Source: Clostridia bacterium
Lineage (GTDB): Bacteria; Bacillota; Clostridia; Christensenellales; UBA1242
Assembly (NCBI GenBank): GCA_028709705.1
Contig: JAQVWL010000002.1
Coordinates: forward strand, 68,184 to 132,183
Length of the DNA stretch: 64,000 nt
Reading direction: 5' to 3'
Below, piece after piece: positions 37,438-46,745 of the stretch. Numbering within the stretch: the first letter of the stretch is position 1; every line of letters begins with the position of its first letter. A program made the position numbers and the translations under genes. The notes beneath the pieces are model-generated. The model had not been told where the DNA came from. It ran no database searches and worked only from the letters and a program-made list of their open reading frames with translations.

Positions 37438-39270
37438 TTAACTCATTATTACCATTGCCAAAATTATTGGTCTTCTTTTTGTTTTTCTAAAAATAAAGTT
37501 TGAAATAAATTTTCTAATTTCGTTTTTAAGGAACAAATGGTCAACCTCTTTAAAATCATAGTTTTTTATAAAAACACTTAAATTTGATTTTAGTTCGTTT
37601 ACAATGCTGTCAGACTCATCGTTGTAAACCACCCCACGAGTTATAATTAACGGGTCGGTTATAAGTTCTGCGGTAGTGCCTGAAATGTTAAGAATTGCAA
37701 CACAAAAACCATCTTCGCTTAATTGTTTTCTATCCTTCAAAACTGAACTTGCGGTATCTCCAAGCCCCATTCCATCAACAAGTCGCATACCTGCTTTTGT
37801 TGTTCCAACAACCTTTAAGTTGTTTGGGCTAAGTTCGACCTGCATACCAATCTCGGGTATAATTATATGACTTTCTAACAACCCCATTGTCATTGCAAGA
37901 TCCTTGTGAACCTTTAAATGTCGCCACTCTCCGTGTACAGGAATAAGAAATTTTGGTTTTGTTAAAGCGTGCATTGTTTTTATTTCTTCTTGACAAGCGT
38001 GTCCAGAAACATGCACATCTGCAAGTTCGTCAAAAATTACTTCAACACCCTTTTTGTAAAGTCTGTTAATAATATTATAAACATTTTTTTCATTTCCAGG
38101 AATAGGCGATGCGGAAATAACAACACAATCATTTGTTGTCAACTTAAATTTTGTAAACTCATCAGATGCCATTCTTGTCAAAGCACTCATAGGTTCACCT
38201 TGACTTCCTGTTGATATAAGCAAAATTTCATTGTCGGCATATTTTCCAATTTTGTCAATATCAATTACATTGTCTTTATTATAATGCAATTCTCCAACTT
38301 TCATAGCAACTTCGCTAACATTTATCATACTTCTGCCTGTAAATGCAACTTTTCTTTTATATTTTTCTGCCAAATCCATAATTTGTTGAAGTCTGTGGAT
38401 ATTGCTTGCAAAAGTTGCAATAATAAGTCTTTTTTGTGTAAAAGGTTTGAAAGCAACTTCTTCCAAAACTTTTCCAACATTCGACTCGCTCATTGAGTAA
38501 CCCTTTCGGCAAACATTGGTGCTTTCACACATCAAAAGGTTTATGCCCTTTTTCCCTAATTCGCCAAAGCGAGTAATATCAATAACATCTTTGTCTATGG
38601 GGGTATAATCTATTTTAAAATCACCTGTATGCACAATGTTTCCAGCAGGGGTTGTCATACAAACTGCCAATGCGCCAGAAATTGAATGGTTTACTTTAAT
38701 AAATTCAATAACAAAATCCCCTATTTTTAGTACATTTTTTGCTTTTACTTCAATAGTTTTATATTTTATTCTTTGATACTCTTTCATTTTGTTTTCAATC
38801 AAACCAAGTGTAAGTTTGGAACCGTAAACAGGCACTCTTATGGCATCTAAAACAAAAGGTAAAGCACCAATATGGTCCTCGTGACCGTGTGTTATAATAA
38901 TTGCTTTTATTTTGTGTCTGTTTGCAAGTAAGTATGAAATATCAGGCACAACAACATCAATGCCCGGCAAATCTGAGTCTGGAAACGTTAGTCCGCAATC
39001 CAAAATAATAATCTCGTTTTGTGTTTCAAAAACAGTCATATTTTTCCCAATTTCGCCCACTCCGCCCAAGAATGTAATTTTTACCTTATTATTGTTTTTG
39101 TTGTTTTGTGTTTGCAAATCATTTGCTGTGCTTGCAACTTGTTTGTTTAAATTGTTTGGCCTTCTAATAAAAGACCTTTGTTGATTTGAAACAAATTTTT
39201 GTTCATTGTTTGAAAAACTTTTTGCATTTTCTGCCAAATTTATTTGTTTTTCGTTGTTTTGTTTGTTCAT
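37438..39270 (-). CDS. rnj: Ribonuclease J (metallo-beta-lactamase/beta-CASP) with an N/Q-rich N-terminal extension of about 60 aa
   Basis: ITHGHEDHIGALPF (HxHxDH), beta-CASP layout, 610 aa, AAGGAG upstream. Confidence 0.9.
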   Translation of the reverse strand: MNKQNNEKQINLAENAKSFSNNEQKFVSNQQRSFIRRPNNLNKQVASTANDLQTQNNKNNNKVKITFLGGVGEIGKNMTVFETQNEIIILDCGLTFPDSDLPGIDVVVPDISYLLANRHKIKAIIITHGHEDHIGALPFVLDAIRVPVYGSKLTLGLIENKMKEYQRIKYKTIEVKAKNVLKIGDFVIEFIKVNHSISGALAVCMTTPAGNIVHTGDFKIDYTPIDKDVIDITRFGELGKKGINLLMCESTNVCRKGYSMSESNVGKVLEEVAFKPFTQKRLIIATFASNIHRLQQIMDLAEKYKRKVAFTGRSMINVSEVAMKVGELHYNKDNVIDIDKIGKYADNEILLISTGSQGEPMSALTRMASDEFTKFKLTTNDCVVISASPIPGNEKNVYNIINRLYKKGVEVIFDELADVHVSGHACQEEIKTMHALTKPKFLIPVHGEWRHLKVHKDLAMTMGLLESHIIIPEIGMQVELSPNNLKVVGTTKAGMRLVDGMGLGDTASSVLKDRKQLSEDGFCVAILNISGTTAELITDPLIITRGVVYNDESDSIVNELKSNLSVFIKNYDFKEVDHLFLKNEIRKFISNFIFRKTKRRPIILAMVIMS

Positions 39271-39458
39271 TTTTTCTCCTTAATTTTTTCTAATTAAAAA
39301 TACAAATAAAATTGTATAATTAATAGTAATAAAATACTAATTTATTTATTTAATAAATAATATTAATATTTAATTTTATATTTATAATATAATTATTAAT
39401 AAATTAATAACTATTAAATATCGTGATTGTAGTGCGTTTTTTACATTTTTAAAATTAA

Positions 39459-40397
39459 TTAAACAATATTTTTTAATTTATTTATTTTGTCAGTTTCTTC
39501 CAATTTTTTTGGAGTCAATATTGTGTCCATATCAACATAATATCTCATACCTTGGCTTTCAAAAAACATTACCATACCAAAAATGCTTATCAAAAGGCAA
39601 GTCACAGGCAACGCCAAAACAACGCCAAAACTTCCAAAGAACGAAATGAAACCCATAAAGGCAAGAATTATTACTATACTTGTTGACCAAACTCTGAAAA
39701 ACCTTCTCAAAAGTGCTTTCAAGCCTTTTTTAAACCCTTTTGCAGGATTGCAGTTGTAAACTATTATTGCAGGTATCCAACCGCTTAAAAAAGTTGTTCG
39801 AAGAGAAAAATATAATATTGAAAACATTATTAACAAAAACGGCAAAAAATATAACAATATTCCACCAACACTTGAAAGATATAAAATATTTATAAAACCA
39901 AACAAAAACAAAGCATTGAAAGGCAATATCAAAAAAGTAAACAACAAAGAATAAAGTGAAGCGGTGTTTACTTTTCTGACCATTGCACCTGAAAAGCCAT
40001 ATTTTGTTTGACTTGACATATAACCATAAAGTGTTTCAGATATTCCTACATCTGACAAATGCCATAAAAACGGTAAGATTACAAATAACAAAATCAACAA
40101 ATAAGCAAAAATAAGAGGCATTGTTGATATCATTTCCAAAGAAACAAAATAGATAGTTTGAAAAACGTTAAAAAGATTTGACAAAATTTCTATTGGAGTT
40201 GTTGAAAAATTGCAACTAGTTAAAAAAGTTAAAATATTATTGGTTAATTGCGTTATGTTGGTTAGGGAGTTAAGATAACTTAAAGTCGCACAAAACAAAC
40301 CCGTTACAATGGCAATTACAATAGTTTTATATAATAATAATTTCCAAACCGATGAAAAATTGCTCATCAACAGTTTTATGGAATTTTTGAACATCAT
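39459..40397 (-). CDS. Polytopic membrane protein, hypothetical (312 aa)
   Basis: About 7-8 hydrophobic segments. AAGGAA lies upstream. I recognise no family. Confidence 0.55.
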   Translation of the reverse strand: MMFKNSIKLLMSNFSSVWKLLLYKTIVIAIVTGLFCATLSYLNSLTNITQLTNNILTFLTSCNFSTTPIEILSNLFNVFQTIYFVSLEMISTMPLIFAYLLILLFVILPFLWHLSDVGISETLYGYMSSQTKYGFSGAMVRKVNTASLYSLLFTFLILPFNALFLFGFINILYLSSVGGILLYFLPFLLIMFSILYFSLRTTFLSGWIPAIIVYNCNPAKGFKKGLKALLRRFFRVWSTSIVIILAFMGFISFFGSFGVVLALPVTCLLISIFGMVMFFESQGMRYYVDMDTILTPKKLEETDKINKLKNIV

Positions 40398-40548
40398 AAA
40401 ATATAAATTCCTTTTTGTTTTATAAAAGTAAATAAATGCTATTGGTAAGTAATCAGTTCTAACAATTATTTGAAAAAATTTATAAAAATTAATTTTTTTG
40501 TAATCTAACTTAAAGCATTATAGCAAACAAAACAAAAAAAATCAACAA

Positions 40549-40698
40549 TTATTTATAAATGTAAGTTGTAAGCGTGTTATAAATTTGCCCAACAAGAGCG
40601 CGAATGTCTTTTATTTGGTCTTTTGTTTTGCATCTAGCAAGTTCCAAAGCAATTGAAGTTCCAAGAATAACAAGTTCTTGCGGGGTAAATTTTTCCAT
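40549..40698 (-). CDS. Possible small protein (49 aa), hypothetical
   Basis: The reverse-strand ORF is MEKFTPQELVILGTSIALELARCKTKDQIKDIRALVGQIYNTLTTYIYK*. It has locally higher G+C than the flanks but no obvious Shine-Dalgarno sequence. Confidence 0.3.
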   Translation of the reverse strand: MEKFTPQELVILGTSIALELARCKTKDQIKDIRALVGQIYNTLTTYIYK

Positions 40699-40771
40699 AT
40701 AAATTAATATGAAAAATACAATATTAATGATTTTATCATTATAACATTGTTAATATAATATACATAATTAT

Positions 40772-41452
40772 ATGTATGTTCAAATAAGTAAAAAATTTCT
40801 TTTGATTATTTTGGCTTTGGTTTTGTTTATTAGTTGCGTTTTTGCAATACCGGTTGCCTTTGTAAGTACTCCTTTAAATTTATATACTATTGTAATAGAT
40901 GCGGGGCATGGCGGAATAGATGGCGGTTCAGTTGGTGTTAATACAGGCAAAGATGAAAATTATATTAACTTGCAATATGCTTTAACCTTGCAAGGTATAT
41001 TTGAAAAATATAATATCAAAATTGTGATGACTCGCACCAACCTTAATGGACTTTACAACAATTTTAGCGACAACAAAAAACTTGACGATATGGAAAAGCG
41101 AAAAAAAATAATTGACCAAAGCAACGCAGATTTGGTTATTAGCATACATATGAATAGTTTTCCTTTAAGTTCTTGCAAAGGTGCCCAAGTGTTTTTTTCA
41201 AACAATAATGAACCTTCACAAAAACTTGCAACTTGCATTCAAGAAATTTTTATTTATACATTGCCAAACGCAAGACAAGAAGCATTGGTTGGAGATTATT
41301 ATCTGTTAAACAATTTTAAAATACCCAGTGTAATTGTGGAATGTGGATATCTTTCCAACCCAGAAGAAGAGTTGCAATTGTTAAAAAGTGAATATAAGGA
41401 ACTCGTTTGTTATAGTATATTTATAGGCGTGCTAAAATTTTTGGCAGTTTAA
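40772..41452 (+). CDS. N-acetylmuramoyl-L-alanine amidase (Amidase_3, CwlD-like)
   Basis: N-terminal TM helix, VIDAGHGGIDGGSVG, ISIHMNSF and ECGYLSNPEE. Confidence 0.85.
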   Translation: MYVQISKKFLLIILALVLFISCVFAIPVAFVSTPLNLYTIVIDAGHGGIDGGSVGVNTGKDENYINLQYALTLQGIFEKYNIKIVMTRTNLNGLYNNFSDNKKLDDMEKRKKIIDQSNADLVISIHMNSFPLSSCKGAQVFFSNNNEPSQKLATCIQEIFIYTLPNARQEALVGDYYLLNNFKIPSVIVECGYLSNPEEELQLLKSEYKELVCYSIFIGVLKFLAV

Positions 41453-41510
41453 ACAATAAATTATTTGACTTATTTTACTTGTTCTCGTATAATTATCCCG
41501 AGGAGAAAAG

Positions 41511-42086
41511 ATGCTAATACTTATTTCGGGTTGTTCGGGTGCAGGTAAAAATACAATTATTCAAGAACTTTTGAAAAGAAATCAAAACATAAAGTTTTTG
41601 AAAAGTTGCACAACAAGAAAGAAAAGACCATATGAAAGTAAAGATTCTTACATATATCTTTCAAAAGACGAATTTGACCAAAAACTAAAAAATGACGAAA
41701 TATTTGAACACGAAGAAATACATCAAAATTTTTATGGACTTTTGAAATCTTCCCTTAATGATGTCGTCAGGTTTGACAAAGATGATAAGCATTTTGTCAA
41801 AGATGTTGGCGTGTTAGGTCAAATCAATTTGGTTAGGGCTTTAAAAAACAAAGTAAATGTGTTATCCATATTTTTGACTGTTCCAAGAAAAGAACTTATT
41901 AGAAGACTTACATTGCGTGGGGAAAGGGATATAGATTTAAGACTTTCAAGAATGGAGTTCGAAATGGGTTACATAAACAATTTTGATGTCATTGTTAAAA
42001 ACATTGATATTGAAAAAACTACAAAAAGAGTAGAAAAATTGATAAATAAATTTAAAACAAAAACCATAGGAGGTATAAAATGTTAG
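41511..42086 (+). CDS. Guanylate kinase family protein (divergent)
   Basis: P-loop GCSGAGKNT, TTRKKRPYE..D..Y.Y.S..EF and FYGL motifs. GGAG lies upstream. Confidence 0.6.
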   Translation: MLILISGCSGAGKNTIIQELLKRNQNIKFLKSCTTRKKRPYESKDSYIYLSKDEFDQKLKNDEIFEHEEIHQNFYGLLKSSLNDVVRFDKDDKHFVKDVGVLGQINLVRALKNKVNVLSIFLTVPRKELIRRLTLRGERDIDLRLSRMEFEMGYINNFDVIVKNIDIEKTTKRVEKLINKFKTKTIGGIKC

Positions 42087-42661
42087 GTTTTGTAAGTATA
42101 TTAGGATTTGTGGGATTAGGCTTTGCTTTTATTTTGCTAGTCATTGTTCCGATTTGGCTTGTAAGTTCATACAATGGGTTTGTAAAACTTCGCAACAACG
42201 TTGATGAAGGTTTTTCAACAATGGATATCTATATGAAAAAAAGATATGACCTTATTCCCAATTTGGTAGAAACAGTAAAGGGTTATGCCAAACACGAAAA
42301 ATCAACCCTTGAAAACGTTATGAAGGCAAGGTATTCAGCAATGAATGCTAGCACAACAGAACAAAAAATTGAAAATGAAAATATTTTGCAAGGTGCTTTA
42401 AAAAGTTTGTTTGCAGTTACCGAAAACTATCCAGACTTAAAAGCCAATGAAAATTTTTCTGAACTTCAAAAATCTTTGAAAGAATTGGAAACTGAAATAG
42501 CAAATTCAAGAAAATATTACAACGGTGTTGTTAAAATTTATAACACAAAAAGAGAAGTTTTTCCTAGCAATTTGGTTGCAGGTATTTTTAGATTTTACAA
42601 AAGACCAATGTTTGAAATTGAAGACAAAGAAGAAAGAAAAAATGTTAAGGTTAGTTTTTAG
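42080..42661 (+). CDS. lemA: LemA family protein
   Basis: N-terminal TM helix plus YNGFVKLRNNVDEGFSTMDIYMKKRYDLIPNLVETVKGYAKHE. Confidence 0.88.
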   Translation: MLGFVSILGFVGLGFAFILLVIVPIWLVSSYNGFVKLRNNVDEGFSTMDIYMKKRYDLIPNLVETVKGYAKHEKSTLENVMKARYSAMNASTTEQKIENENILQGALKSLFAVTENYPDLKANENFSELQKSLKELETEIANSRKYYNGVVKIYNTKREVFPSNLVAGIFRFYKRPMFEIEDKEERKNVKVSF

Positions 42662-44590
42662 ATGTCAAACAAAATTAGCAATTTTTTTGGTTTAATCTTT
42701 ATGTCAATAATAGCGGGAATAATTATTTTTGCTATTATTTTTTCTTATGTGTTTCCGACAGCACCCGTACCGATTGAAGATAATAGTGCAGAATACAATA
42801 TTGGTGAATACACAACCAGCATAACAGTCAACCAAAACAATACTCTATCAGTGAATGAAACAATAAAAGTAAATTTTTTAGTTGCTAGTCATGGCATTTT
42901 TAGGGCATTGCCAACCATAAACGAAGTAAAAAATGTTGATGGCGAAGGAAATGTTATAAGTTCAAAAAAATTTAGAGTTAACTACACAAACATAACGGTC
43001 GACAAAACATTTGATACATACACCGAAAATGACTTCTTATTTATTCAAATAGGTAGTCAATATTCATACGCCCAAGCAGAAGAAACATATGTTTTGTCAT
43101 ACATTGTGGAACTAGACAGCAGATACGCCGACTATAACCAATTTTATTACAATATTTTAGGCAATTTATGGGATACGACAATATCAGATTTTACAGCAAT
43201 AATAACCTTTCCAACACCAGTTGATGCAAGCGCTCCCCTAACCGAAATTTATGTAGGCGAATATGGAAGTACAACACAAATTGATGGAGACTGGACTGAA
43301 AACAACACAGTTTTAACAATTACCCATTCAATTTTGGCGGTTGGCGAAGGAATAACGGTTCTTGTAAACTTGCAAGAGGGCTTTTTTACCGCACCTTATC
43401 CACATCTACTTGACATTTTTATGTTAGTTTTAATTGTTATTTTTGCAATAATTGCGATTGTTTTATACAAAAAAACAAGCAACAAAAAAATGCTTGTTCC
43501 TGTGGTGCAATTTAGTGTAAACAAAAAATTTACATCAGCAGATGTTGGATATATTATTGACAAAACTGTTGATAACAAAGACATTGCGTCGCTCATAATT
43601 TTATGGGCTCAAAAAGGCTATTTGGAAATTATTGAAGAAAAGAAAAAAACATTTTTAAGAAAATTGAAAAATGCTGACAACGATATGAAGCAATATGAAA
43701 AAACCTTGTTTGAAGCGATTTTCGGCAACCAAGACAAAAAAATTGATATATCAAAAATAGGTGAAAAGATTTTATCAACAATCCAAACAACAAAAACCTC
43801 AATAAAAATTGAAAATGAAAAAGCATTTAGTACAAAAGCGGAACTAGCACGAAGTGCGATAATAATAATTATGGGGATTTTGTTTGGTGTGGTCTTATTT
43901 GCAATAAATTATCAAAATGTAAACACTTTTTTCACATACTTATCTGTATTTGTAGCGATTGCTATTGTGGTTTCATTATTTGTTTGGTCCAAAAAGCAAG
44001 ATATGAAAGATATTATAAACGCCAAAAACAAATTTTATAGCAAAGTTTCCACCCTTATTCTACTTGCTGGCATATTTGTTTTTGTATTTTTCTCTTACGA
44101 CAAAATTTGCGACATTTTTTTCACAAGTTTTATTGTTTTTGCGGAACTAATATTTACTATTTATTTATTATCAAAATTTAACATAAGAACAAATGATGGA
44201 ATTGCTGATATGGGCGATATTGTTGGTTTAAAAAATTTTATAGAAGTAACCGAAAAAGATCGCCTAGAACTTTTGGCAAAAGAAAACCCAACAATGTTTT
44301 TTGACATTATGCCTTATGCCTATGTGCTTGGCGTATATGAAGAATGGTGCAAAAAATTTGAAAATATAGTAATAGAAACACCAACTTGGTATGTGGGAAA
44401 CAATCTAACATTCAACTATTTGCTTATGCTAAATATTATGCACAGTACAACAAACTCATTTTTGCAAGCAGTAAACACAGCACAATTTGCAAAAATGGCA
44501 AGCACAGTAACTTCAAACAAAACTTTTGGCGGTTCTGGCGGAGGTTTTAGTGGCGGGGGTTTTGGTGGTGGCGGTGGCGGTCGCTGGTAA
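42662..44590 (+). CDS. DUF2207-like membrane protein with a glycine-rich C-terminal tail
   Basis: 642 aa with an N-terminal TM helix, an extracellular domain, multiple TM helices and the tail GGSGGGFSGGGFGGGGGGRW*. It is adjacent to lemA, which is the usual pairing. Confidence 0.7.
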   Translation: MSNKISNFFGLIFMSIIAGIIIFAIIFSYVFPTAPVPIEDNSAEYNIGEYTTSITVNQNNTLSVNETIKVNFLVASHGIFRALPTINEVKNVDGEGNVISSKKFRVNYTNITVDKTFDTYTENDFLFIQIGSQYSYAQAEETYVLSYIVELDSRYADYNQFYYNILGNLWDTTISDFTAIITFPTPVDASAPLTEIYVGEYGSTTQIDGDWTENNTVLTITHSILAVGEGITVLVNLQEGFFTAPYPHLLDIFMLVLIVIFAIIAIVLYKKTSNKKMLVPVVQFSVNKKFTSADVGYIIDKTVDNKDIASLIILWAQKGYLEIIEEKKKTFLRKLKNADNDMKQYEKTLFEAIFGNQDKKIDISKIGEKILSTIQTTKTSIKIENEKAFSTKAELARSAIIIIMGILFGVVLFAINYQNVNTFFTYLSVFVAIAIVVSLFVWSKKQDMKDIINAKNKFYSKVSTLILLAGIFVFVFFSYDKICDIFFTSFIVFAELIFTIYLLSKFNIRTNDGIADMGDIVGLKNFIEVTEKDRLELLAKENPTMFFDIMPYAYVLGVYEEWCKKFENIVIETPTWYVGNNLTFNYLLMLNIMHSTTNSFLQAVNTAQFAKMASTVTSNKTFGGSGGGFSGGGFGGGGGGRW

Positions 44591-44750
44591 ATTTTCAATT
44601 TTTGTGGAAATCTTTGAACTTTCTGGCAAAATTTTAAGACAGGGCAGTACCGGAAGTACAGCCCGTGCCTAAAAATTTGTGCCGAGCGTCCAAACCTTTC
44701 TCACAAAAATTGAAAATTTGCAGTACGCAAGATAAATTTTCTACTTAATT
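44582..44750 (+). repeat. Copy 2 of the structured repeat (hairpin 44589-44719 plus AGTACG tail)
   Basis: It has the identical 18-nt arms (44589-44606 and 44702-44719). The apical stem is GGGC.GTAC-CGGAA-GTAC.GCCC (44642-44664). As in copy 1, it is preceded by CGCTGGTAA. Confidence 0.75.
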
Positions 44751-44845
44751 AAATTATTATTCTGCGTTAACTGCCCGCTTTGCTTTGCCCAACAAATTTA
44801 ATAAAACCATAATTATTCATTCTTTATTCTTCATTAACCATTAAT

Positions 44846-44869
44846 AAAACGGCAGTTTAGCCGTTTTTT
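44846..44869. terminator. Bidirectional terminator
   Basis: AAACGGC(44847-44853)/GCCGTTT(44860-44866) with a T-run, between convergent genes. Confidence 0.7.
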
Positions 44870-44896
44870 ATATTTGTTTTGCTTTTATTTTCCTTT

Positions 44897-45478
44897 TCAC
44901 TCCCTTGTTTCGTCAAGATAGGTGGCTTGAAGGTCGGCGATGTGGAAAAGTAGGGAAATGGGATATTTGTAAAATACTTCGGAAAGCGAATATGACCCGC
45001 CTTTAACACGCAAATCAAACTCGCCCATATGCCAATTTATTATCATTGCCTCTTCCCGTGTTAATTTCATAAATCCATTTATTATATAAACTGATTTTTC
45101 TCCGTGACCGTATGGCAATTTATCATCAATGGCATAATAAGGTTTTTTTGTCCAAACGTCATCTATTTTTACATTGCGGTAATCTAGTTTATAAAAATCA
45201 ATTTTGCATAAATCATGGAGCAAAGCACAAATTGCAATACTTTCGTGAGAAAACTTTTCTTCCCAATCATTGCCAAATTCAGTTTCAATTATTTTCAAAA
45301 ATCTGTGATAAACTTTTATAGAGTGGTCGCACAATCCGCCATTGTAGGCTGAATGAAAGTTTGAACTAGCGGGAGCATCAAAAAAATCTGTGTTTACAAG
45401 CCAATCCAAAAGTTTTTTGCTACCTTCCCTTTTAATATTTTTGTTAAAAATATCCAAATATACTTCTTTGTTCGCCAT
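44897..45478 (-). CDS. HD-domain phosphohydrolase family protein
   Basis: CALLHDLCK (HD motif) and GHGEKS. GAGGAA lies upstream of the ATG at 45478. Confidence 0.65.
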   Translation of the reverse strand: MANKEVYLDIFNKNIKREGSKKLLDWLVNTDFFDAPASSNFHSAYNGGLCDHSIKVYHRFLKIIETEFGNDWEEKFSHESIAICALLHDLCKIDFYKLDYRNVKIDDVWTKKPYYAIDDKLPYGHGEKSVYIINGFMKLTREEAMIINWHMGEFDLRVKGGSYSLSEVFYKYPISLLFHIADLQATYLDETRE

Positions 45479-45572
45479 AATTTCCTCTTTTATGCAATTA
45501 TAAGGCAAACATACATAACAAGTCAATATTTTTGCTGATATAAAATTGAAAAAATTTGACTTTGAAAAAGTA

Positions 45573-45601
45573 TTGACAAGATATTTTACAGGTGTTATAC
45601 T
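45573..45601 (+). promoter_or_regulatory. rpmE promoter: TTGACA-N17-(TGT)TATACT
   Basis: TTGACA at 45573-45578, a 17-nt spacer, extended -10 TGTTATACT ending at 45601. Confidence 0.6.
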
Positions 45602-45630
45602 AGGCGAGTAAATAGATTAAGGAGAATAAA

Positions 45631-45834
45631 ATGAAGGAAGGAATACACCCAAAATATCACGAAGTTACCGTTACTTGTGCTTGTGGCAACACATTCAAAA
45701 CAGGTTCTTGCGTGAATGGCGAAGTAATAAAAATTGATATTTGTAATAAATGCCACCCATTCTTTACTGGTAAACAAAAACTTGTTGATACAAGCGGAAG
45801 AGTAGAAAGATTTCAGAAAAGAATCAAAAAGTAA
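45631..45834 (+). CDS. rpmE: 50S ribosomal protein L31 (Zn-ribbon type A)
   Basis: [22 protein letters not shown]...[13 protein letters not shown]. Confidence 0.95.
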   Translation: MKEGIHPKYHEVTVTCACGNTFKTGSCVNGEVIKIDICNKCHPFFTGKQKLVDTSGRVERFQKRIKK

Positions 45835-45837
45835 TAA

Positions 45838-45863
45838 AAGCGACTTAAAAAGTCGTTTTTTTT
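45838..45863 (+). terminator. Intrinsic terminator after rpmE
   Basis: CGACTT/AAGTCG stem followed by T8. Confidence 0.7.
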
Positions 45864-45899
45864 CACTTAATTTTTTATTTTTCATATATAAATTGTATT

Positions 45900-46742
45900 A
45901 TGAATATTATTTCAAATTATCCAATGGCAAAAGAAACAACTTTTAAATGCGGGGGCATAGCAAAGTGGTTTGTGGAAGTGCAAGATTTGACATCTTTTGC
46001 CAATATTTTAAAATTGCATACCAACAAACTTTACTACATTTTGGGAAATGGTAGCAAAACTTTGTGCAATGATAAGGGTTACAATGGTTTGGTTATAAGC
46101 ACAAAAAAACTTAACAATATATGTTTGGAAAACGGACTTGTTGTGTGCGAGTGCGGTGTAAATCTGTTCGCACTTAATCACTTTTTGGCGGAAAATTGCT
46201 TGAAAGGATTAGAGTGGAGCCAAGGAATACCTGCAAGCGTTGGCGGTGCTGTTAATATGAATGCGGGTTCGTTTGAATATAGTGTTGGACAATTTGTGGA
46301 AAAAGTGGAAGTTTTTGAAAACGGAGAATGTAAAATCTTAAACAAAAATCAAATAAACTTTGGTTATAGATTTTCATCACTTAAAAATTTTCCAATTTTT
46401 AGGGTGTGGTTTAAGTTTGAAAAAGGCGAAAAAAGTGAAATTTTGGATTTGCAAAACTACTATTTTAACAAAAAAACAACAAGTCAACCAATGGAGTTTG
46501 GAAGCGCAGGAAGTATATTTAAAAGAAAAGGAGACATAATTCCTGCAAAAATCATTGACAAGTTGGGGTTAAAAGGTGTTAAAATAGGTGGAGCAGAAAT
46601 CTCTTATAAACATTGTGGCTTTATTGTTAACAAAAACAATGCAACCGCAAGCGATGTTATAAATCTAATAAATTTAATAAAAACAACAATAAAAAACAAA
46701 ACAGGGATTGAACTTGAAGAAGAAATAATAATAATGGAGTAA
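45900..46742 (+). CDS. murB: UDP-N-acetylenolpyruvoylglucosamine reductase
   Basis: TTFKCGGIAKWF, GNGSK, GIPASVGGAVNMNAG and GSIFKRK motifs, 280 aa. Confidence 0.88.
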   Translation: MNIISNYPMAKETTFKCGGIAKWFVEVQDLTSFANILKLHTNKLYYILGNGSKTLCNDKGYNGLVISTKKLNNICLENGLVVCECGVNLFALNHFLAENCLKGLEWSQGIPASVGGAVNMNAGSFEYSVGQFVEKVEVFENGECKILNKNQINFGYRFSSLKNFPIFRVWFKFEKGEKSEILDLQNYYFNKKTTSQPMEFGSAGSIFKRKGDIIPAKIIDKLGLKGVKIGGAEISYKHCGFIVNKNNATASDVINLINLIKTTIKNKTGIELEEEIIIME

Positions 46743-46745
46743 AAG

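Noticed and set aside
39271-39458. Extremely A/T-rich spacers (also 17501-17555 and 14540-14810) with recurring ATTAAT/AATAAAT words, considered as a repeat family
   Set aside because: The similarity comes from low-complexity composition. I could not align discrete repeat units, so they are probably promoter/UP-element or curved DNA.
44640-44665. An SRP-RNA-like CCGGAAG (GGAA tetraloop) at the apex of repeat copy 2
   Set aside because: Copy 1 has the loop CAAAAA at the same position, and the flanking AGCA/GGAAGCAGC SRP helix-8 motifs are absent. It is not an SRP RNA.
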